Made by a program: the position numbers and the translations under genes
Notes under the pieces: generated by a model
What the model saw: only the letters and a program-made list of their open reading frames with translations
The model's database searches: none
Told to the model about the DNA's origin: nothing
Shown: positions 59,138 through 64,000 of the stretch, one piece after another
Numbering within the stretch: the first letter of the stretch is position 1
Layout of the letters: each line of letters opens with the position of its first letter
Source: Terasakiella sp.
GTDB lineage: Bacteria > Pseudomonadota > Alphaproteobacteria > Rhodospirillales > Terasakiellaceae
Length of the DNA stretch: 64,000 nucleotides
Direction: 5' to 3'
Assembly (NCBI RefSeq): GCF_048267425.1
Contig: NZ_JBLWXN010000001.1
Coordinates: forward strand, 101,966 to 165,965

Positions 59138-60784
59138 TTACTCGGCATCCGTGGGTGTATAATCTTCGGCGACGCAAAACTTACCCCTACCGGAACGCTT
59201 GGCCTCATACATAGCCGCATCTGCGCGCCCGATCAACATTTCAACAGATTCATTTGTATCCGGACGGTAGATTGCCAACCCTAAAGAAACGCCCAATGGT
59301 TTATTCGGTGCCCCTGAATATTCCTTTAAAAACTGGCTTGCTTCCAACAGTCGCTCACAACGACGAGAAGCTGCATCCGTATCAATATCATTCAACCAAA
59401 TGGCAAATTCATCGCCACCCAATCGGGCAACCACATCACCTGGTCGCACCTGATTGAGCAAAAAGTCGCGAATCAGCAACAGGACATCATCGCCTTTTTG
59501 GTGACCAAAAACATCGTTTACCTGCTTGAAATGGTCCAAATCGACATAAATCAGGGCCGCGGGGCTGTTGTTAAAGTGCAAGCGATCAATATGGCGGGGC
59601 AGTTCATCTTCAAAAAAGGCCCGGCGATTTAACAACCCGGTTAACGCATCGGTGCGCGACAGCTCAACAATCCGTTCATGCCCGGAAATTTGCTCATTCG
59701 CGATCCCCAGTTGGTTGGCAACGTCGATGGCAAGAATTTTGTCATCGTCATTCCAGGATCCACGCACATTTTCGCGCCACAGGCATATGGCTCCATTCAC
59801 CGTGCGCCGATACCGGGTTGCAGAATAAATCGCCAGCCAGTCCTTAATTTCAAAGACACCGACTTCATTTTCACCCAATTGTTCCAGCCGCCCAAACAAG
59901 TCGGGAATTTCATCGGGAATTTCGCCAAAGGCCGCACTAACGATCATGCCGCTTTCCGGCTTGCTTCTGAAAATCTGACATCCATTTGCACTGAGTGCAC
60001 GTGCCGTGGCATTGGCTGCCGCACTCAACATATTGCTGGGTTCGACCTCGTCGCGAATGGTTTTCACAATATAGGCCAGCAACTGATCGCGGTGATAAGC
60101 CCGCGCCAACGCCGCATCGCGTTCACGTTCTTCGGTAATATCACGGCAGACCCCGCGTGCCCCCACCCAGTTATTTTTTTCATCAAACAACGGGACACAC
60201 GACACCATCAGGCAGGCGGGTTCCCCATTGGGGCGCAAAACCCACGTTTCTTCACGTTCCAATTTGGTTTTGGATAAAAAAGGATTCTGTGAATGTTTTT
60301 TATCGCGCTTTAAAACAATGTCGTCACAGTGCTTGCGGATCAATTCGTCCGGCTCGTATCCAACCGCGCCCCGTTGAGAAACGAAAATAAAATAGCCGTC
60401 CGCCCCGACTTCCCAGGCAAAATCACTGGAAATTTCCACCAAATCCTTAAATCGTTGGCGAGAATCCATTAAAGCCGCGCGCAAATTATGTTCAAGGCTG
60501 ACATCTTTTGCGAAAAGTAAAAAGCCGTTTTGACAAGGACTCAGTGTCAAATCATAAAACACCACACCTTTGTCCGTTTCCACACCCGCTGTTTGTATAT
60601 GGGGGGCATTCTTGGCATTTACTTTATCAAACAGGTCCGAAATATTCGGAAGGTTAATATTTTTAACCAAAACTTCAGCGGCGGCACTATGAGCGGCAAC
60701 ACTGCGATCCTCATGCAACAATACCGCAGGAAAAGGCGCATTGCTCACCCAGTCCGCAGATATTATAGCCGACGTATCAGACAT
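59138..60784 (-). CDS. PAS-GAF-GGDEF diguanylate cyclase
   Basis: DALTGLLNRR, DLDHFKQVNDVFGH, intact GGDEF, RPGD I-site; PAS SDFAWEVG. Confidence 0.93.
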   Translation of the reverse strand: MSDTSAIISADWVSNAPFPAVLLHEDRSVAAHSAAAEVLVKNINLPNISDLFDKVNAKNAPHIQTAGVETDKGVVFYDLTLSPCQNGFLLFAKDVSLEHNLRAALMDSRQRFKDLVEISSDFAWEVGADGYFIFVSQRGAVGYEPDELIRKHCDDIVLKRDKKHSQNPFLSKTKLEREETWVLRPNGEPACLMVSCVPLFDEKNNWVGARGVCRDITEERERDAALARAYHRDQLLAYIVKTIRDEVEPSNMLSAAANATARALSANGCQIFRSKPESGMIVSAAFGEIPDEIPDLFGRLEQLGENEVGVFEIKDWLAIYSATRYRRTVNGAICLWRENVRGSWNDDDKILAIDVANQLGIANEQISGHERIVELSRTDALTGLLNRRAFFEDELPRHIDRLHFNNSPAALIYVDLDHFKQVNDVFGHQKGDDVLLLIRDFLLNQVRPGDVVARLGGDEFAIWLNDIDTDAASRRCERLLEASQFLKEYSGAPNKPLGVSLGLAIYRPDTNESVEMLIGRADAAMYEAKRSGRGKFCVAEDYTPTDAE

Positions 60785-61018
60785 GATTTTTCTTTTCGTT
60801 TTTAATGTTACACAACAAAACGTCTATCCCCCAGAGTGACGTACCCTTTATCCTATTAGGGTTTTGGATGGAAATCAAATAGAGACTTTCGCCTGAAAGT
60901 TAAATAGGACAATAATCTTATATCATGCCTTCCCCCCCCTTAAACTGCTGATGAATCCTGTGGTTTTCCTAAGAATATTATCAACTGGATTAAAAACGCC
61001 AAATCTGTAGAATCCGGC

Positions 61019-61060
61019 TCACAGCATGTCGATCCATAGGCTGTGAAAACATGATCGACA
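61019..61060 (+). other. Candidate H-type RNA pseudoknot at the 5' end of the Bax-like gene leader
   Basis: S1 tcacagc/gctgtga and S2 tgtcgatc/gatcgaca interleaved; TAGAAT just upstream. Confidence 0.35.
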
Positions 61061-61133
61061 CTGCGCGTGAAAATAGCCGTAAAAGCTGAGACAGGCTTGG
61101 GCCGCGCTTTTGTTAACAGATTTTGATTTTAGT

Positions 61134-62147
61134 ATGGCTGATATGAAGGAAAGCAAGGGCTTCCAATGGACTGTCCTCACGCTTATGGGCTTTTGTCTGG
61201 CATTACTGATTGCCTTACATATTAGTGCCCCGACCAATACAACCAGCAAAGCACCGAAAGCTGTTTTGAAGCTGCCGAACGAAGTTGCAAAACTCCCGGC
61301 AAGTAAAGAAAACCTGAAGCCTGCGCAGATGGACAAAAATCCAAAATTGTTAAGTGTCAACGATTTGACAACGGCTTTTAACAAAATTGGCTATCATCTG
61401 AAGGATGTCCGCGAGGGCGAAAGCAGTGTTCCGCGCCTTTTCCTTGCGAGCTTGCCGCACGATTTGGCAACCCTCACACAAACGGAAGAACGCAAGGCGC
61501 TTTTTTTCAAAGCCCTGCTTCCTTTGATCCTTAAAACCAACGAAGAAATCCTTGCAGAACGCGCTCGTATTCTTCGCCTGCGTCACCGTTTGAATTTAGG
61601 CCTTGATATCATTGCCCAAGATCAAATCTGGCTGAAGGCAACATTTGAGCGTTATAAAGTGCGCGGACAAAAATTCGACCAACTGCTGCAAAAGGTTGAT
61701 ATCGTACCGCCCTCACTGGCCTTGGCACAGGCGGCAGAAGAAAGCGGATGGGGGACATCACGCTTTGTGCGCGAAGGCAACGCCCTTTTTGGTCAATGGA
61801 CATTCAATCAAAATGACGATGGCATTGTACCCGCCCAACGTGGTGACGACCAAACCCATCGCATCAAAGCATTTGACAGCATCAAGGACAGCTTACGGGC
61901 CTATGTTCATAATCTGAACACCCATGCGGCTTATAAGGCATTACGTGCCAAACGCGCCTTTATGCGTACAACGCGCCAGCCAATCCAAGGAAGTCTCCTT
62001 GCAATGGCCTTGGATAAATATTCCGAACGGGGCGAACAATATATCATATCGCTGAAAGCCATTATGGATAAGAACAACTTGCCGCTTTATGACACGGTCA
62101 CATTATCTGACAAGATGATGCTCGCCAGTGCGGAACCTTCCATTTAA
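61134..62147 (+). CDS. Glucosaminidase domain protein (Bax-like)
   Basis: RKALFFKALLP, DIVPPSLALAQAAEESGWGTSRF, NLNTH, YSERG..Y. Confidence 0.88.
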   Translation: MADMKESKGFQWTVLTLMGFCLALLIALHISAPTNTTSKAPKAVLKLPNEVAKLPASKENLKPAQMDKNPKLLSVNDLTTAFNKIGYHLKDVREGESSVPRLFLASLPHDLATLTQTEERKALFFKALLPLILKTNEEILAERARILRLRHRLNLGLDIIAQDQIWLKATFERYKVRGQKFDQLLQKVDIVPPSLALAQAAEESGWGTSRFVREGNALFGQWTFNQNDDGIVPAQRGDDQTHRIKAFDSIKDSLRAYVHNLNTHAAYKALRAKRAFMRTTRQPIQGSLLAMALDKYSERGEQYIISLKAIMDKNNLPLYDTVTLSDKMMLASAEPSI

Positions 62148-62170
62148 GCTTAAGCAAGCAACCACACCTC

Positions 62171-62203
62171 AAAGCGCTGAAAGGTCAACCTCTCAGCGCT
62201 TTT
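62171..62203. terminator. Bidirectional terminator overlapping the mutS stop codon
   Basis: aaagcgctga...tcagcgcttt. Confidence 0.75.
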
Positions 62204-64000
62204 AATTTATAAAGGGCTTCCAACGCTTCGCGCGGGCTCAGATCATCGGGTTGAATATCATCCAATGCCAGTTCCACATCGCACGGCCCGCTTGGTTCTG
62301 AAACAGGATCGGGATTGCTGGCAAGGGCGGCAAACAAGGGTAAATCATCTGCCAGTTTGGTGACGGCACTGCTCTGTTCCCCTTTTTCCAAAGTTTCCAG
62401 AACTTGTTCTGCCCGTTTGATGACGGCCTTGGGCAATCCTGCCAGACGGGCGACATGGATCCCATATGATCGATCCGCCGCCCCGGCGCCGACTTCATGC
62501 AGAAAAATCACCTCGCCTTTCCATTCCTTTACCCGCATGGAATGGCAAGACAAACAACCGAGTTTTGACGTCAATGCCGTCAATTCATGGTAATGTGTCG
62601 CAAATAATGCACGGCATTTGTTTAGCTCGTGCAAATGTTCCACTACCGCCCAGGCAATAGACAAGCCGTCAAATGTTGCTGTCCCGCGCCCAATTTCATC
62701 CAAAATCACCAGTGATCGATCACTGGATTGATTGAGGATCGCTGCGGCTTCAACCATTTCCACCATAAATGTTGACCGCCCACGCGCCAGATCATCCGCC
62801 GCCCCCACGCGGGAAAACAAACGATCCACCACCCCGATATGGGCAGAAGCCGCCGGAACAAAGCCGCCCATCTGCGCCAAAATAGTAATCAGGGCATTTT
62901 GGCGCAGAAACGTCGATTTACCGGCCATGTTTGGACCGGTGATTAACCACAACCGTTGATCTTGCGTGAGATCACAATCATTGGCGACAAAGGCCGCTTC
63001 ATTGGCGGCTTCAAGGGCGGCTTCCACCACCGGGTGACGTCCACCTTTGATATCAAATTCATAACCATCACTTAAAACCGGGCGATTGTAATGACGTTCC
63101 ACCGCAACTTGTGCCAAGGCACTCAAGACATCTAGGCGTGCAAGGCTGTTGGCCGCCAAGGCAATGACATCCGCATCCTGTTTGACATCTTCGATCAATT
63201 CATCAAACAGGCGGGTTTCCAATGCAAGCGCCCGGTCTGCTGCGGAACTGATCTTGCCTTCCAGTTCTGACAATTCCACCGTTGAATAACGGATAACGTT
63301 TTTCATGGTTTGACGGTGAATAAAATCCCCGTCTGCCGGCATCCGTTCGGCCTGTTTTGCCGTCACTTCAACAAAATAGCCTAAGACATTATTATGCTTG
63401 ATCTTCAAAGTTTGAATGTCGGTAATATCTGCATATTTGGCTTGCAGGTTCAGGATCAGACGTTTACTTTCCGAACGCAGGCTACGCAACTCATCCAGTT
63501 CCGGGGCATATCCGGCAGCAATAAAATCACCATCACGCGCCATTAAGGGCAAATCTTCGCCTAAGGCCCGGCGCAGTTTATCCACCAGTTGTCCATGATT
63601 GCCCAGATCACGGATACAGGTTTCCAAAATCGGTGGCGGTGTTAAGGAAATCAAATGTTCGCGCAAATCGAAGCTGGCGGCCAATCCATCGCGAATAGCC
63701 GCCAAATCACGCGGCCCACCCCGGCCCAATGTGATACGCGAAAGGGCACGTTCCATATCTGGGCATTTTTTTAAAGCCTGTCGGATATCTTCACGTGCGC
63801 CCAAATCTTCGCTAAAGAACTGCACCCCATCCAAACGGCGATTAATATCGTCAACATTGGTTAAAGGGGAAGAAAGCCAAACGGACAAAAGACGCGCACC
63901 AGCACCGCTGACGGCTCGGTCAATCACATCCAGTAAACTGCCCTTGCGTTGACCGTTTAAGGTGACGGTTAGTTCCAGATTACGCCGCGTTGCCGCGTCA
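62185..64000 (-). CDS. mutS: DNA mismatch repair protein MutS (N-terminus outside window)
   Basis: [55 protein letters not shown]. Confidence 0.97.
   Translation of the reverse strand, partial: DAATRRNLELTVTLNGQRKGSLLDVIDRAVSGAGARLLSVWLSSPLTNVDDINRRLDGVQFFSEDLGAREDIRQALKKCPDMERALSRITLGRGGPRDLAAIRDGLAASFDLREHLISLTPPPILETCIRDLGNHGQLVDKLRRALGEDLPLMARDGDFIAAGYAPELDELRSLRSESKRLILNLQAKYADITDIQTLKIKHNNVLGYFVEVTAKQAERMPADGDFIHRQTMKNVIRYSTVELSELEGKISSAADRALALETRLFDELIEDVKQDADVIALAANSLARLDVLSALAQVAVERHYNRPVLSDGYEFDIKGGRHPVVEAALEAANEAAFVANDCDLTQDQRLWLITGPNMAGKSTFLRQNALITILAQMGGFVPAASAHIGVVDRLFSRVGAADDLARGRSTFMVEMVEAAAILNQSSDRSLVILDEIGRGTATFDGLSIAWAVVEHLHELNKCRALFATHYHELTALTSKLGCLSCHSMRVKEWKGEVIFLHEVGAGAADRSYGIHVARLAGLPKAVIKRAEQVLETLEKGEQSSAVTKLADDLPLFAALASNPDPVSEPSGPCDVELALDDIQPDDLSPREALEALYKLKALRG

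Noticed and set aside
61040-61110. GATCGAC resembling the tmRNA 5' motif
   Set aside because: No GGGGC acceptor stem, T-arm, CCA end or tag reading frame.
11-63952. Long antisense or shadow ORFs (e.g. 9108..10067, 12324..13532, 35704..37188, 40969..41901)
   Set aside because: They lie opposite well-conserved genes and reflect codon bias on the coding strand; none has a recognisable domain.

Overview
A 64-kb stretch of core chromosome from an alphaproteobacterium. Gene content and synteny suggest Rhodospirillales, possibly Terasakiella/Thalassospira-like (inference). It carries about 55 intact protein-coding genes. I found no rRNA, tRNA, CRISPR array, IS element or prophage. Main blocks, left to right: megL plus an AceE-like E1 (methionine catabolism), ftsK, rplY-pth-ychF, acnB, mcl2-like, pdxY-cobU-cobW, tsaE-amgK-murU-lnt-phrR-metK-trmB, rimP-nusA-infB-rbfA-truB-rpsO-pnp, comM, a DEAD-box helicase, phasin, ftsE-ftsX-ydcF-plsC-proC, zitP-like, a TetR pair, asd, an ArsR-CDF metal module, rmuC, GGDEF-DUF2336, a Bax-like glucosaminidase and mutS (partial). 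The most interesting signals are in the intergenic DNA. The top finding is missed by the ORF track: upstream of asd lie a sigma70-like promoter, a 41-codon leader peptide ending in T-K-T-K-T-T-T-T-T-K and an intrinsic terminator. This looks like a ribosome-mediated attenuator that senses threonine and possibly lysine. Other cis-RNA candidates are a SAM-II riboswitch before metK, a uORF with an SD-sequestering stem before acnB, a switchable terminator in the rimP leader, a hairpin-array 5'UTR on the DEAD-box helicase, an rplY leader hairpin and an H-type pseudoknot before the Bax-like gene. All calls are by eye; no searches or folding programs were run.
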